In this document: piece after piece, positions 63,801-64,000 of the stretch | How positions within the stretch are numbered: the first letter of the stretch is position 1 | Layout of the letters: every line of letters starts with the position of its first letter | Source: Psammoneis japonica | Taxonomy: Eukaryota | DNA length: 64,000 nucleotides | Assembly: GCA_008632985.1 (NCBI GenBank) | Contig: QPGO01000114.1 | Location: 124,001 to 188,000 of the forward strand | Reading direction: 5' to 3' | Made by a program: the position numbers and the translations under genes | The notes under the pieces: generated by a model | Databases searched by the model: none | What the model saw: the letters and a program-made list of their open reading frames with translations, nothing else | What the model was told of the DNA's origin: nothing

Positions 63801-64000
63801 CAAACAGTTGGGCGCTGGTGCAACCAGAGTCGACGGCCGGGGTGTCGGCACAAACGGTGTCAGTGGCGACAGGCTCGTTGCGGCGGTGCACATTGAGGGC
63901 GGGGTTGGGTGATTTGTGGGCCTTGCGAAGGTGTGCACCGGCGGGCATGCGGGCGCACTGCGTGGTGCAGTCAAAAGTACGACGGACCGCATCGGCAGGT
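60742..64000 (-). mobile_element. Ty1/copia (CoDi-type) pol: integrase-RT-RNase H, open for over 1000 codons, continues beyond the window
   Basis: QSEPHQQHQNFAERR (integrase), DVKHDGRHKARL, DIGNACLEA, KALCGLRSSG, VHVDDL (RT), VDANL, ETATCGSEF, FGDNKSV, NPADIL (RNase H); integrase precedes RT. Confidence 0.95.

Larger units (their letters stand above)
60010..64000. other. TpA-depleted domain 5 (CpG retained within the copia element)
   Basis: Very few TA in about 4 kb; CG abundant from 60.5 kb. Confidence 0.9.

Noticed and set aside
60742..63948. Alternative genetic code or RNA editing as the cause of Tyr->Cys/His
   Set aside because: Neighbouring genes use normal Tyr codons, non-coding TIRs show the same changes, and A->G and T->C occur on the same strand.

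Overview
Eukaryotic nuclear DNA, most likely from a diatom (CoDi-type Ty1/copia pol, short GT-AG introns, diatom-like gene families). Ordinary gene islands (F-box protein, full-size ABCG/PDR transporter, AlkB-SRA fusion protein, MYND finger, several truncated or frameshifted genes) alternate with sharply bounded repeat domains at ~9.5-23.9, 29.3-43.1, 44.9-49.7, 54.0-55.9 and 60.0-64.0 kb, roughly 60% of the window. In these domains the dinucleotide TpA has been almost erased by TpA->TpG and TpA->CpA transitions (A:T->G:C on both strands). Conserved Tyr codons of retrotransposon, transposase and host-gene sequences read Cys/His, TAA/TAG stops are lost, and repeat copies differ by TG/CA at sites where less-mutated copies keep TA. 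This resembles a repeat-targeted hypermutation system running opposite in direction to fungal RIP. The domains include a complete 9.1-kb DNA transposon (25-bp TIRs, 4-bp TSD) with a transposase and a large cargo ORF, four related MITEs, nested TIR elements and two copia elements. Dinucleotide statements are from reading by eye, not computed.
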